Counted from the first letter of the stretch, positions 27,221-36,863 are shown. The stretch: 43,169 nt of DNA from Nitriliruptorales bacterium (GCA_036396595.1 DASWKO010000007.1:1-43169), one strand, 5' to 3'. Notes: a model not told the origin generated them from the letters alone. Translations and numbers: made by a program.

Positions 27221-27658
27221 TCAGTCGCGCGGTGGGACGATGGTGACGGTGCCCTGTGCCAGCGCGACCGTCCGACCCTCGTTGTGGACGTCGATGCGCA
27301 CCACCGCCGTGCTGCGCCCCAGCGTCACGACCTCGCTGGTGGCGCGCACGGTGCCCGCGGTGATCGGCTTGGTGAGGTTGAGCTTGAACTCCGTCGTCGC
27401 GGCCCACGCCCGCTTCTGGATGACCGGGTACAGCACCGCCCCGAGCACGTGATCGGTCAGCGCCGAGATGACGCCACCGTGCATCGTGCCCCACGTGTTG
27501 AGCAGCTCGTCGCGGCAGTCCAGCTCGGCCACCAGCCGCCCGGGACCGACCTCGACGTGGCGGATGCCGAGCCAGCCGGGCAGCCCGCTGTGGGGACCCT
27601 TGTCGCGCAGGTACGCGGCGACGTCCTCGTGGTAGGTGTCGAACGTCTGCGGTGACAC
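27221..27658 (-). CDS. PaaI-family hotdog thioesterase
   Basis: GTMHGGVISALTDHVLG motif. GTG at 27658 with AAGGGA upstream; the rest of track ORF (to 28042) is shadow sequence. Confidence 0.8.
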   Translation of the reverse strand: MSPQTFDTYHEDVAAYLRDKGPHSGLPGWLGIRHVEVGPGRLVAELDCRDELLNTWGTMHGGVISALTDHVLGAVLYPVIQKRAWAATTEFKLNLTKPITAGTVRATSEVVTLGRSTAVVRIDVHNEGRTVALAQGTVTIVPPRD

Positions 27659-27774
27659 GACATCCCTTCGTGGTGACCGACCGGGCCACGCTAGCCAGCG
27701 CCGCCCGATCGGTCCGTTTCGGCTACGGGACGCCACTCGGCCTACCGTGCGTCGCCAGGGTGACGGAGGTGGGC

Positions 27775-28566
27775 GTGGAGGGGCAACACACGGTGCTGGC
27801 GGTGCGCGACGTCCACGTCCGTCGCGCCGGGACGGTCCTGCTCGAGCAGGTGACCTGGGAGGTCCGGTCGGGCGAGCGCTGGGTGGTGCTGGGTCCGAAC
27901 GGTGCCGGCAAGACGACGCTGCTGGCGCTGGCTGCGGGCCACCTGCACGCGACGCGCGGCACCGTCGAGATCCTGGGACACCGCTTCGGGCGGGTGGACC
28001 TGTCGAGCTTGCGCCCGCGGATCGGGTACGTCTCGTCCGCACTCCAGGAGCTGTTGCCCCCGCGGTCGATGGCGCGTGACATCGTGGTCTCGGCCAAGCA
28101 CGGGGCGACCCGAGTGTGGGGCCGTCACACCTACAGCGAAGCGGATCACGCCTGGGCCGGTGCGCTGCTGGAACGGCTGGGTGTGGGCGCGCTCTCGGAC
28201 CGGCGGATCGACACGCTGTCCGCGGGGGAGTGGCAGCGGGTCCAGATCGCTCGGGCGCTGTTCCACGACCCGGATCTGGTACTGCTCGACGAGCCCGCCG
28301 CCAACGTCGACCTGCCTGGTCGGGAGGAGCTGGTGGGTGCCCTGGCCGATCTGGCCGCCAGCGACGACGTGCCCGGGATCGTGCTGGTCACGCACCACCT
28401 CGAGGAGGTCCCCCCGGGCTGGACGCACGCGCTGCTCCTGCGTGACGGGGCGGTGGTCGCCGAGGGCGCCGTCGACGAGGTGTTGCGGGACGGACCCGTC
28501 GGCGAGGCGTTCGGGCTGGCACTGCGGGTCCGATACGAGGACGGTCGCTATTCCGCGCGGGTGTGA
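27775..28566 (+). CDS. ABC transporter ATP-binding protein without adjacent permease
   Basis: Walker A GPNGAGKTT, signature LSAGEWQRV, Walker B LVLLDEPAANVD. GTG at 27775 lies 6 nt after GGAGG. Confidence 0.8.
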   Translation: MEGQHTVLAVRDVHVRRAGTVLLEQVTWEVRSGERWVVLGPNGAGKTTLLALAAGHLHATRGTVEILGHRFGRVDLSSLRPRIGYVSSALQELLPPRSMARDIVVSAKHGATRVWGRHTYSEADHAWAGALLERLGVGALSDRRIDTLSAGEWQRVQIARALFHDPDLVLLDEPAANVDLPGREELVGALADLAASDDVPGIVLVTHHLEEVPPGWTHALLLRDGAVVAEGAVDEVLRDGPVGEAFGLALRVRYEDGRYSARV

Positions 28567-28613
28567 CCGCCCGCACGTCGTAGTCTGGCGCCGGCGCCGA
28601 CCGGAGGGACACC

Positions 28614-29378
28614 GTGCCAGGCTACGACCGTCTCGACCGTCGCACGTTCGTGACCCAGCTCTCGCGCAGCGCGTTCGGGTTCGTGATCCTCGGGGCCGCC
28701 ACTGCGTGCGCCGGCGACGATGAGCCCACAGGGGAGCCGCCTGCAGGTCTGCGCCCCGGTGGACCGACTCCGCTGGCGACCGGGCGGTGGCGGACGGTCG
28801 ACCTCGGCTTCGTGGCCGCGTACGTCCTGGTCCGGGGGAGCGAGGCGGTGGTGGTGGACGCCGGGACAGAGGGCAGCGAGAACGCCATCCTGTCCGTCCT
28901 GCAGGACGCGGGCACTGGGTGGAGCGGCGTGTCCGAGGTGATCCTGACGCACCATCACCCGGATCATGTGGGGTCGGTGCCGGCGGTGCTCGAGGCCGCA
29001 CCGGGCGCGCGCGCGTACGCCGGCGAGCTGGACATCCCGGCCATCACCTCGCCCCGCGAGCTGTCCGCCCTGACCGGCGGCGAGGTCGTCTCGGGTCTCG
29101 AGATCGTGGCGACCCCCGGCCACACGGCCGGCCACATCAGCGTGCTGGACCGCGACGCGCGGGTGCTGGTCGCCGGCGATGCGCTGAACGGGGACGGCAG
29201 CGGCGGACTGGAGGGCCCGAACCCCGACTTCACACAGGACGTGGACCGGGCGTGGGAGTCGGTGGCGGCGCTGGCTGCACTCGACGTAGCCGTGGAGGCG
29301 ATCCTGCCGGGCCATGGCGGGACCGTCACCGCCGACGCCGCGAGCAAGCTGCGCGGGCTCAGTCAGGAACGTGCGTGA
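28614..29378 (+). CDS. Exported MBL-fold metallo-hydrolase (Tat signal, possible lipoprotein)
   Basis: Twin-arginine DRRTFVTQL, then GAATAC. Metal motif THHHPDHVG. Its 3' end overlaps nfo convergently by 20 nt. Confidence 0.8.
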   Translation: MPGYDRLDRRTFVTQLSRSAFGFVILGAATACAGDDEPTGEPPAGLRPGGPTPLATGRWRTVDLGFVAAYVLVRGSEAVVVDAGTEGSENAILSVLQDAGTGWSGVSEVILTHHHPDHVGSVPAVLEAAPGARAYAGELDIPAITSPRELSALTGGEVVSGLEIVATPGHTAGHISVLDRDARVLVAGDALNGDGSGGLEGPNPDFTQDVDRAWESVAALAALDVAVEAILPGHGGTVTADAASKLRGLSQERA

Positions 29379-30189
29379 GCCGACCCGGCTCCTGGGCGAG
29401 GAACCGTCGGATGGTCGCCAGGTCGCGCTCGTGGCCGCCGTCCTGACTCGGGGTCTCGACGATGCAGGCGCAGACCCCGAGCTCGGCGCAGGTCACGACC
29501 ATCGCCTCGAGCGTGTCGAGCCCCATCTGACCCGCACCGAGGTTCTCGTGCCGATCGCGCCCCGCGCCGGCCTCGTCCTTGCTGTCGTTGACGTGCAGCA
29601 GGTCGATGCCGCCGGTGGCCTCGGCGAAGGCCTTCACGTACCCGGCGGGGTCGCCTGCGGCATCGGGATCGCCGGCCCACGCGTGACAGGTGTCGAAGCA
29701 GGAGCCGATCCGGATGTCGCGATCCGTCCCACGCAGTGCCTCGAAGAGTGCGACGATGTCGGCGAGGTATCGGCCCGGTGCGGTCGCACCTGAGGCGGTG
29801 TTCTCGATGAGCAGCGGGACCGGCGACGACAGCCGGCTCGCGACGTCGAGCCAGCGCTCGATCGCGTCCTGCATGGAGCCACCTCCTGCGGCGTGACCCG
29901 CGTGTACGACCACACTGCGCATGCCGCAGCGCTCGGCCTCGTCGAGCGTCGCCTGGAGGTTGGCCGCCGTCCTCTCGCGCACGTCGGGGTTGCCCGAGAC
30001 GGGGTTGCACAGGTAGGGCGCGTGGGCGGCGAGCACCGTGCCCGCCGCGCGCAGCGCGTCGGCGTCGCGTCGACCGACCGGAGGCTTCCAGGCCCGTGGC
30101 GCCGAGAGGTGGACCTGGGCGCCATCCGCGCCGATCTCGGCGGCGGCCGCGAGCGGGTCCCTGGACGGTACGGAGGCGCCGACGAGCAA
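29359..30189 (-). CDS. nfo: Deoxyribonuclease IV (endonuclease IV, AP endonuclease family 2)
   Basis: AHAPYLCNP, VVVHAGH, LIENTA, GSCFDTCHAWA, LLHVNDSKD...RDRHENLG, CIVETP all match the Nfo metal-ligand pattern. TTG start at 30189. The track's 1149-aa ORF is otherwise antisense shadow. Confidence 0.85.
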   Translation of the reverse strand: MLVGASVPSRDPLAAAAEIGADGAQVHLSAPRAWKPPVGRRDADALRAAGTVLAAHAPYLCNPVSGNPDVRERTAANLQATLDEAERCGMRSVVVHAGHAAGGGSMQDAIERWLDVASRLSSPVPLLIENTASGATAPGRYLADIVALFEALRGTDRDIRIGSCFDTCHAWAGDPDAAGDPAGYVKAFAEATGGIDLLHVNDSKDEAGAGRDRHENLGAGQMGLDTLEAMVVTCAELGVCACIVETPSQDGGHERDLATIRRFLAQEPGRLTHVPD

Positions 30190-30408
30190 GGGTCGTCCTG
30201 GATCGGGGGTCGGGCGGGGTGGACCAGGCAGCGTACGGGGCGGGCAGGCCGGCTCTGGTGGTCGCGTGCGGGCGGGTGGGTCGTGGTGCGTTGTGACGTC
30301 AACGGTTGCGCTCTGCGAACAGGTGCCCGGTCTCAGGCAGGAGTCGAGGACGGCGGGCGCGAACTGCACAGGGAACGTCCCCGCTGCTCGAGTACGCAGG
30401 AGTCGCAC

Positions 30409-32712
30409 GTGCGCCACCGCCCCGTCGTCCTCACGACCATCACCACCGTCGGGCTGGCCGTGGCTCTGCTGGCCCCGGCGGGAGCCGTGGCCAGCGATCC
30501 GGCCGAGCAGGGCCAGTTCACGGACGCGTTCTTCGAACCCGTGATCTACGACGGCGGCACCGCCGTCGAGACCGACCAGGACTGCATCACGAGCACCGAC
30601 GATCAGGGCCGCGCGTTCGAGAACTGCAAGCCCGCAGCCGGCAGCCTCGCGATCCTTCCCGACGGCCGGATGCTGTACTGGAACGCACTGGAAGGCACCG
30701 AGAACGTGTCCTATGGCATCGCCACCGAATACGGGCGGGTGTCGATCAACGATCAGTCGCGGGTGCTCGACTTCGACACGATGACGTGGGCACGCCCCGA
30801 CCCGCTCCGCGCCGACGTCGGCGGCGGCCAGGCCACGACGCTGCTGCCTCGCGGGATGGCGGACGACAGCGAGCTCGGGCACAACGACAACGCGCTGTTC
30901 TGCACCGACCTCGTGCACCTGACGGACGGCACCGTGCTGGTCGCCGGCGGGACCAACTACTACAACGAGCCTGGCAACACCTCGATCCCTGACCACAGCC
31001 AGAACGGCGGTGGGCCCTACGGCGTGGTCGAGCTGGAGGGTCAGACCACCTCCCGAGTGTTCGACAGCGCGACCGACACCTGGCGTCAGGCCGGCGCGAT
31101 GGCCTACGGCCGCTGGTACCCGTCGCTCGTGACGCTGGCCGACGGGCGGGTCCTGACCAGCAGCGGCGTGACCAAGCTGATGAAGCCGCTCTACCCGGAT
31201 CCGCAGCGCGAGCGTGCGGACGGACCGGGCACGGGGGACTCCGGCCGCAACGTCACGCAGGTCGAGGTGTACGACCCGACCTCGCAGACCTGGGAGCTGC
31301 AGCCCGAGACTGCGGACCGCTCGCTGCCGCTGTACCCACGGCTGCACCTGCTGCCCAACGGCGACGTGTTCTACAACGCCTCCGGCCAGGTCTACAACCC
31401 CCAGGGACAGGCCTACGACCAGGCGTTGTGGAACCTCGCCGCCTCCTACGACCCCGACACCCAGGGCTGGACCGACCTCGGCGTTCCCGGACTCGACGAC
31501 CCCGCCGCTGCGCTCTACGCCGGGTTCCGTGGGTCGACCTTCTCGATGATGCTGCCGCTGCGCCCCGACGACGACGGGCGTTACACCCGCGCCCAACTCC
31601 TCCAGGCGGGCGGCATCGTCGGCACCACCCCGGGGACCTACGTGGCGGTCGACCACAGCCGCATCGTGACGGTCGACGTCGACGTCGATGAGCAGACCAT
31701 GTCGACGCGCTCGACCGGTCCGCTGAACGCGCGCCGGTGGTACGGCACCGCCGTGGTGCTGCCGACCGGTGAGGTGTTCGTCGCCAACGGCTCCGATGGC
31801 GACGAGGTGGTCGGTCCCGGGTCCGCACAGCCGGTCGACACCACCGAGATCTTCGACCCCGAGACCGAGACCTGGCGTGCGACCGCGGTCCAACCACGCT
31901 CGCGGGCCTACCACAACACCGCCACGCTGCTCCCCGACGGTCGCGTGCTGCTGGGTGGCCACGCGCCGATCTCCGGGCTGTACGGCGCGAACGGCGGCTA
32001 CGCCGGCAACCCCAACGAGGACGGGCGGATCATCGACACACCCGTGTACCGATCCAGCCGCAACGACGGCCGAGAGCCGGTGTTCGACATCTACGAGCCG
32101 CCCTACCTGCACCGGGGCGAGCGCCCCGTGATCCGGGGGGTCAACCTGTCCAGCGTCACCCACGGCGACCGACTGAGGGTCAACGTGGCCGGTGATGTCG
32201 ATGAGTTGATGCTGATCCGCAACACCGCGCTGACCCACGAGGTCGACGCCGATCAGCGCGCCGTGGTCCTCCCGATCCACAGGACCGCCGGTCCGAATGT
32301 GTTCGCGAGCATCCCCGACCAGCCTGGAGTGGTGCCGAACGGGCCCTACATGCTCTTCGCGCTCGCGGACGGGGTACCGTCCGTGTCGGTGCCGGTCCTG
32401 GTGACCAACCACGCCACCGCAGAAGCGGCGACGTCGGCGATCACGGGCGCCGACGGGAGCTGGCTGGACACCGAGCTGGCGACGGGGGTCGGGACGCCCG
32501 AGCCAACTGCGGCTGCGACCACCGACCAGCACGCGGACGCGCCCGTCCCGGTCCAGGCCAGCCCGGCGTCGACCTCGCCCGTCCCGGTCCAGGCCAGCCC
32601 GGCGTCGACCTCGACCGTCCCGGTGCCGCTGGGAGCGCGGTGGCTGGCGGCGGTCCTGGTGGTGGTCGCGGGCGCCTCGTGCATGGCCTCCCGGCGATGG
32701 TTGAGTCGCTGA
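30409..32712 (+). CDS. Galactose oxidase/glyoxal oxidase-like (copper radical oxidase family) protein with kelch repeats, DUF1929 E-set domain, signal peptide and C-terminal TM anchor
   Basis: GTG at 30409 lies 6 nt after AGGAG. Signal peptide ends AGAVA/SDP. Kelch-like RWYPSLVTLADGRVL, RRWYGTAVVLPTGEVF, RAYHNTATLLPDGRVLLGG. DUF1929-type LTHEVDADQRAVVL...PNGPYMLFAL..GVPSVSVPVLV. C-terminal WLAAVLVVVAGASCMASRRW. Confidence 0.8.
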   Translation: MRHRPVVLTTITTVGLAVALLAPAGAVASDPAEQGQFTDAFFEPVIYDGGTAVETDQDCITSTDDQGRAFENCKPAAGSLAILPDGRMLYWNALEGTENVSYGIATEYGRVSINDQSRVLDFDTMTWARPDPLRADVGGGQATTLLPRGMADDSELGHNDNALFCTDLVHLTDGTVLVAGGTNYYNEPGNTSIPDHSQNGGGPYGVVELEGQTTSRVFDSATDTWRQAGAMAYGRWYPSLVTLADGRVLTSSGVTKLMKPLYPDPQRERADGPGTGDSGRNVTQVEVYDPTSQTWELQPETADRSLPLYPRLHLLPNGDVFYNASGQVYNPQGQAYDQALWNLAASYDPDTQGWTDLGVPGLDDPAAALYAGFRGSTFSMMLPLRPDDDGRYTRAQLLQAGGIVGTTPGTYVAVDHSRIVTVDVDVDEQTMSTRSTGPLNARRWYGTAVVLPTGEVFVANGSDGDEVVGPGSAQPVDTTEIFDPETETWRATAVQPRSRAYHNTATLLPDGRVLLGGHAPISGLYGANGGYAGNPNEDGRIIDTPVYRSSRNDGREPVFDIYEPPYLHRGERPVIRGVNLSSVTHGDRLRVNVAGDVDELMLIRNTALTHEVDADQRAVVLPIHRTAGPNVFASIPDQPGVVPNGPYMLFALADGVPSVSVPVLVTNHATAEAATSAITGADGSWLDTELATGVGTPEPTAAATTDQHADAPVPVQASPASTSPVPVQASPASTSTVPVPLGARWLAAVLVVVAGASCMASRRWLSR
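32542..32613 (+). repeat. Perfect 36-bp tandem duplication (2 copies plus a partial third) encoding PVPVQASPASTS x2 in the oxidase linker
   Basis: Units 32542-32577 and 32578-32613 are identical when read directly. Confidence 0.9.
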
Positions 32713-33842
32713 GCGCCCGAGACCGCAAGAGCAATTCGACGGCTCGTTCGCGGGCCGTCGACTTGCTGCTCGTGGCCGCCCTGGTGATCGTGGTGCCGGC
32801 CGGGGCACATGCGCACGAGGCCGACCCCCTCATCCGCAGCGTGGTCACCCACGTGACGCTGGATCTGCCCGGCCTGGTCGTACAGGTGGGTCGCAGCGTG
32901 GCGGACCAGCTCCTGGTCACCAACCCGAGCAGCACGGAGCTGGAGATCCTCGACGGCGATGGGCGTGCGTTCCTCCGGATCGGCCCGGAAGGGGTCCTTG
33001 GGGACCTGGAGACCGCGGCGTTCCACCTGAGCAATGACCCGTTCGGGATCGGTGGCGTCCCGCCTGATGCCGATGGCGGCGAGCCGAGGTGGGGCCGTGT
33101 GAGCCGTGAGCCGTCCTGGGGCTGGTTCGACCACCGCCTGCACCCGGTGGAACGGACGCCCCCTGCGGACGTCGAGGCCGGCGAGGTGCTGGCGCGATGG
33201 AGCGTCCCGATCCGTGCGGCCGGGCAGGAGGCAGCGATCCAGGGCCAGGTGGAGTACCGGCCCCCACTGGGCAGCTACCGCGCCGCGCTGGACGGCGGCC
33301 CGGTGAGCGTGGACGGTGTGACCGCGACCATCCTCGACGGCCCGGTCCCAGCGATGGTGGTCCAGAACGACGGCTCGCGCCCGGTCGTCGTCCTCGGGGC
33401 GCAGGGCGAGCCGTTCCTCCGGGTCACCCCGCGCGGCGTCGACGCGAACCTGGCCAGCCCGACCTGGCACGATGTCACCCGGCTCGAGGTCGGCCGGACG
33501 GTGCCCGGCCTGCCCGCGGACGCCAGCGCTCCTCCGGCCTGGGAGCAGGTGGCCGCTGTCCCCCGGATCGCGTGGCTCGAGCTGCGAGCCCACGTGCCCG
33601 ACATGGCGCCGGCCGATCCCTCGCAGCCCTCCGTCGCCAGGCGGTGGACCGTGCCGCTGCGCATCGGGGACCGCGAGATCCGGGTCGCCGGGACGACCTC
33701 GTGGGTACCGGTCGCGGAGATGGGTGACGGGCGCGGCCCGGCTGCGCTGGTGCCGGTCGTCGGTCTGGTGGCGGCGGTCCTGGTCACAGGTCTCGTGCTG
33801 CGGCTGCGGCGGTCGGGTCAGGCCAGCGCCTCTCGCACGTAG
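32697..33842 (+). CDS. Uncharacterised exported protein with internal two-fold repeat and C-terminal TM anchor
   Basis: ATG at 32697 overlaps the oxidase 3' end by 16 nt. Sec-type signal (R/K-rich n-region, LLLVAALVIVVPAGAHA/HEADP). Repeated LLVTNPSSTELEILDGDGRAFLRIGPEGV / MVVQNDGSRPVVVLGAQGEPFLRVTPRGV. C-terminal LVPVVGLVAAVLVTGLVLRLRR. Confidence 0.6.
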   Translation: MVESLSARDRKSNSTARSRAVDLLLVAALVIVVPAGAHAHEADPLIRSVVTHVTLDLPGLVVQVGRSVADQLLVTNPSSTELEILDGDGRAFLRIGPEGVLGDLETAAFHLSNDPFGIGGVPPDADGGEPRWGRVSREPSWGWFDHRLHPVERTPPADVEAGEVLARWSVPIRAAGQEAAIQGQVEYRPPLGSYRAALDGGPVSVDGVTATILDGPVPAMVVQNDGSRPVVVLGAQGEPFLRVTPRGVDANLASPTWHDVTRLEVGRTVPGLPADASAPPAWEQVAAVPRIAWLELRAHVPDMAPADPSQPSVARRWTVPLRIGDREIRVAGTTSWVPVAEMGDGRGPAALVPVVGLVAAVLVTGLVLRLRRSGQASASRT

Positions 33843-34399
33843 GCGCGGAGCCGGTCGATGTTGACGTTCTTCTCGGCGCTGACCCAGATCACGTCCGTGG
33901 AGGCCAGCGCGCAGCCCTCGGCCAGCTCGCGCCTGCGCCGATCACGGCGGGAGGACTTGACCTTGTCGTGCTTGGTCGCCACGACCTGGAACGGCACGTC
34001 GTGGGCGCGCAGCCACGCCAGCATCCCGAGGTCGAGCTTGGCCGGACCGATCTCACCGTCCACCAGCAGCAGTGCGACGCGCAGCGGCTCGCGTTCGAGC
34101 AGGTAGCGCTGCTGGCGCTGCTGCCACGCCGCGCGGTCCGTCTTCGACGAGTGCGCGAACCCGAAGCCCGGCAGATCCACCAGCGTGCCGCCGCCGGCGA
34201 GCTCGAAGCAGTTGAGCAGCTTGGTCTTGCCCGGCTTGCTCGACGTCTTGGCGAGGTCCTTGCTTCGCGCCAGCGCGTTGAGCAGCGACGACTTGCCGAC
34301 GTTGGAGCGGCCGACGACCGCGACCTCGCCCGGCGAGTCCGGCAGGTCGTCGACGTCGGCGGCCGACGTCACGAAGGTCAGGTCGAGTGGGGCGCTCAC
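33818..34399 (-). CDS. engB: Ribosome biogenesis GTP-binding protein EngB/YsxC
   Basis: G1 motif GRSNVGKSSLLNAL, DLPGFGF, ATKHDK. Overlaps the upstream convergent gene by 25 nt. Confidence 0.9.
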   Translation of the reverse strand: MSAPLDLTFVTSAADVDDLPDSPGEVAVVGRSNVGKSSLLNALARSKDLAKTSSKPGKTKLLNCFELAGGGTLVDLPGFGFAHSSKTDRAAWQQRQQRYLLEREPLRVALLLVDGEIGPAKLDLGMLAWLRAHDVPFQVVATKHDKVKSSRRDRRRRELAEGCALASTDVIWVSAEKNVNIDRLRAYVREALA

Positions 34400-34439
34400 G
34401 GGCAGGGAGTGTGTCAGCCCCGGCCGGTCGCTGCGAGAC

Positions 34440-35363
34440 TCAGCCGTCGACGTCCAGCGGGATCCCGGTCTCGCGCTCCGAGACCTCCCACAGGATCCGG
34501 ATGGCCCGGTCGGCGCCGGGACGGAGCAGCGGCTTGCTCACCGGGGGGCCGTGGCTGACGAACAGCGGTCCGTAGAGCTCGCCGCCCCTGGCGCCCGGGT
34601 CCGTGGCGGCCCGTAGCTGGCTCAGCGCGCCCCGGTCGGGTGACATGCCGAAGCCGCGGGTCATCGAGTGGAACATCGGACCCAGGCGGCTGGCGTCATT
34701 CTCGCGGACCGTGCGTGCCTGCAGGTCGGTGTTGGACAGCCCCGGGTGGGCGGCCAGGCTCCGGGCGGCGGCGCCCGCGCGCTCGAACTCGCGCTGGAGC
34801 CCGATCGCGAAGTGCCGGTTGGCCAGCTTGGCCTGCCCGTAGGCACGCCACTCGCCGTAGTTGCCGCGCAGGTGGGGGTTGTCGGGGTCGACGGGCCGGC
34901 CGACGTGCTGGGCCGTGCTGCAGACCGTCACCACCCGGGCCCCCGCTGTGTCGACGATCGCCGGCAGCAGGTGGGCCGTGAAGGCCCAGTGACCGAGGTG
35001 GTTGACGCCGAACTGCAGCTCGAAGCCGTCCTCGGTGCGTTGCTCGGGCAGTGCCATGAGGCCCGCATTGTTGATCAGCAGCTCGATGCGCCGGTGCGCG
35101 CCGAGGATCTGCTTGGCGGCCGCCCCGACGGACGCCAGGGAGCCGAGGTCGAGCTCCACGATCTCCAGTGATGCTTCCGGGTGGGCGGCGGTGATCTCGT
35201 CGTGCGCCGATCGTGCCTTGGCCTGGTTGCGCGCGGCCATCACCACGTGTGCGCCCCTGCCGGCGAGTGCCTTGGCGGTGGCCAGGCCCAGCCCACCGTT
35301 GGCGCCGGTGACGACCGCGGTGCGGCCGGACTGGTCGGGGATGTCGTCGGCGGTCCAGAACAC
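34440..35363 (-). CDS. SDR family oxidoreductase (retinol-dehydrogenase-like classical SDR)
   Basis: VTGANGGLGLATA cofactor motif; YGQAKLAN catalytic YxxxK. Confidence 0.85.
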   Translation of the reverse strand: MFWTADDIPDQSGRTAVVTGANGGLGLATAKALAGRGAHVVMAARNQAKARSAHDEITAAHPEASLEIVELDLGSLASVGAAAKQILGAHRRIELLINNAGLMALPEQRTEDGFELQFGVNHLGHWAFTAHLLPAIVDTAGARVVTVCSTAQHVGRPVDPDNPHLRGNYGEWRAYGQAKLANRHFAIGLQREFERAGAAARSLAAHPGLSNTDLQARTVRENDASRLGPMFHSMTRGFGMSPDRGALSQLRAATDPGARGGELYGPLFVSHGPPVSKPLLRPGADRAIRILWEVSERETGIPLDVDG

Positions 35364-35482
35364 AGGGCACCCTTGGGTATGAACGAACCTTCAGTCAATC
35401 CAGTGGGAGCCACGCTAGGTCGCGCGCGGGCCGGTCACGCGCCGGTTGTGGTAGGTGTGGGCTCCCCGCCCGTAGGATCACC

Positions 35483-36154
35483 GTGACCGGCAACCTGAAG
35501 ACCCCGGGGCTGGCCCCGGAGCTGCACGAGTACCTGGTGGCGCACGGCACCCCACCCGACCAACTGCTCGAGGAGCTGACCGCCGCGACCCGTGAGCGCT
35601 TCCCGGACGCCGCCGGGATGCAGGTCGCTCCCGAGCAGGGTGCCTTCCTGCGCCTGCTTACGCGCCTGCTGGGGGTCCGGCGAGCCGTCGAGGTCGGCAC
35701 GTTCACCGGCTACTCGGCGATCAACATCGCTCGGGGACTGCCCGACGGTGGGACGCTGATCTGTCTCGACGTGAGCGAGGAGTTCACGTCGCTGGCGCGC
35801 GAGTTCTGGACCCGCGACGGGCTCGACGATCGCATCGAGCTCCGGCTCGGGGACGCGGTCGACAGCCTGCGGACGATGCCCGAGGAGCCGCACATCGACC
35901 TCGCCTTCGTCGATGCGCACAAGCCTCAGTACATCGACTACTACGAGGAGCTGCTCCCGCGGCTGACCGAGCGGGGCGTGATCCTGGTCGACAACGTCCT
36001 GTGGAGCGGCCGTGTCATCGATCCCGACGACCAGCACGAGTACACGCGCGCGATCAGGCGCTTCAACGACCACGTCGCCGCCGACCACCGGGTCGACGCG
36101 GTCATGGTCCCCATCGCCGACGGCCTGACCCTGATCGCCAGGAGCAGCGCGTGA
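35483..36154 (+). CDS. Class I SAM-dependent O-methyltransferase (caffeoyl-CoA OMT-like)
   Basis: [19 protein letters not shown] motif; DLAFVDAHK; [10 protein letters not shown]. Confidence 0.85.
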   Translation: MTGNLKTPGLAPELHEYLVAHGTPPDQLLEELTAATRERFPDAAGMQVAPEQGAFLRLLTRLLGVRRAVEVGTFTGYSAINIARGLPDGGTLICLDVSEEFTSLAREFWTRDGLDDRIELRLGDAVDSLRTMPEEPHIDLAFVDAHKPQYIDYYEELLPRLTERGVILVDNVLWSGRVIDPDDQHEYTRAIRRFNDHVAADHRVDAVMVPIADGLTLIARSSA

Positions 36155-36173
36155 CCATGCCTCACCCGTCGCC

Positions 36174-36863
36174 TCACCCGTCCTCGTCCGGGAGCGCCGC
36201 TCGGGTCGCGGACTGCCGGTCGTAGCCCACCTGGCAGAAGCCGTGGTTGCAGTAGCCGCCCGGGTTCTTGCTGAGGTACTGCTGGTGGTAGGACTCGGCG
36301 TAGTAGAAGCGGCCGTCGCCGGCCTGATCCGCCGGCAGGATCTCGGTGGCGATGTCGCCGAATCCGGCCCCCGTCAGCGCCCGCTGGTAGCGGTCACGGG
36401 AGCGCTTGGCGGCGTCGAGCTGCTCGTCCGAGAAGGTGTAGATGCCCGAGCGGTACTGGGTGCCGACGTCGTTGCCCTGCCGCAGGTGCTGGGTCGGGTC
36501 GTGGTTCTCCCAGAACGCCCCTAGCAGATCCTCGTACGACGTCTGGTCGGGGTCGTAGATCACGACCGCGACCTCGTTGTGCCCGGTGCGTCCGGTGCAG
36601 ACCTCCTCGTACGTCGGGTTGGGCGTGTAGCCCCCCGCGTAGCCGACGAAGGTGGTGTGCACGCCTGGAACCTGCCACAGGAACTTCTCGGCGCCCCAGA
36701 AGCAGCCCATCCCGAACATCGCCCGCTGGGTGGCCTCGGGGAAAGGGCCCTGCATCGGTGTGCCGAGCGTGTGGTGGGCCTGGGGCACGACCATGGTCTC
36801 GGAGCGCCCCGGGAGCGCCTCGTCGGGGCCGACCAACTCCTGCTTCCTGCGCGGGAACAGCAT
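36174..36863 (-). CDS. msrA: Peptide-methionine (S)-S-oxide reductase
   Basis: [13 protein letters not shown] active site; [29 protein letters not shown] at 36863 gives an E. coli MsrA-like N-terminus ([11 protein letters not shown]). Confidence 0.9.
   Translation of the reverse strand: MLFPRRKQELVGPDEALPGRSETMVVPQAHHTLGTPMQGPFPEATQRAMFGMGCFWGAEKFLWQVPGVHTTFVGYAGGYTPNPTYEEVCTGRTGHNEVAVVIYDPDQTSYEDLLGAFWENHDPTQHLRQGNDVGTQYRSGIYTFSDEQLDAAKRSRDRYQRALTGAGFGDIATEILPADQAGDGRFYYAESYHQQYLSKNPGGYCNHGFCQVGYDRQSATRAALPDEDG

Noticed and set aside
30294-30301. TGACGTCA palindrome in the nfo/oxidase divergent spacer as a possible CRP-type site
   Set aside because: Only 8 bp are symmetric; the flanks break symmetry and do not fit TGTGA-N6-TCACA. 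It is too short to distinguish from chance.
29359-32808. 1149-aa minus-strand ORF, the longest in the track
   Set aside because: Only its last 276 codons (29359-30189) carry endonuclease IV motifs. The remainder is antisense to the well-supported galactose-oxidase-like gene, is Arg/Gly/Pro/Asp-rich and has no motifs. It is a typical high-GC shadow ORF.
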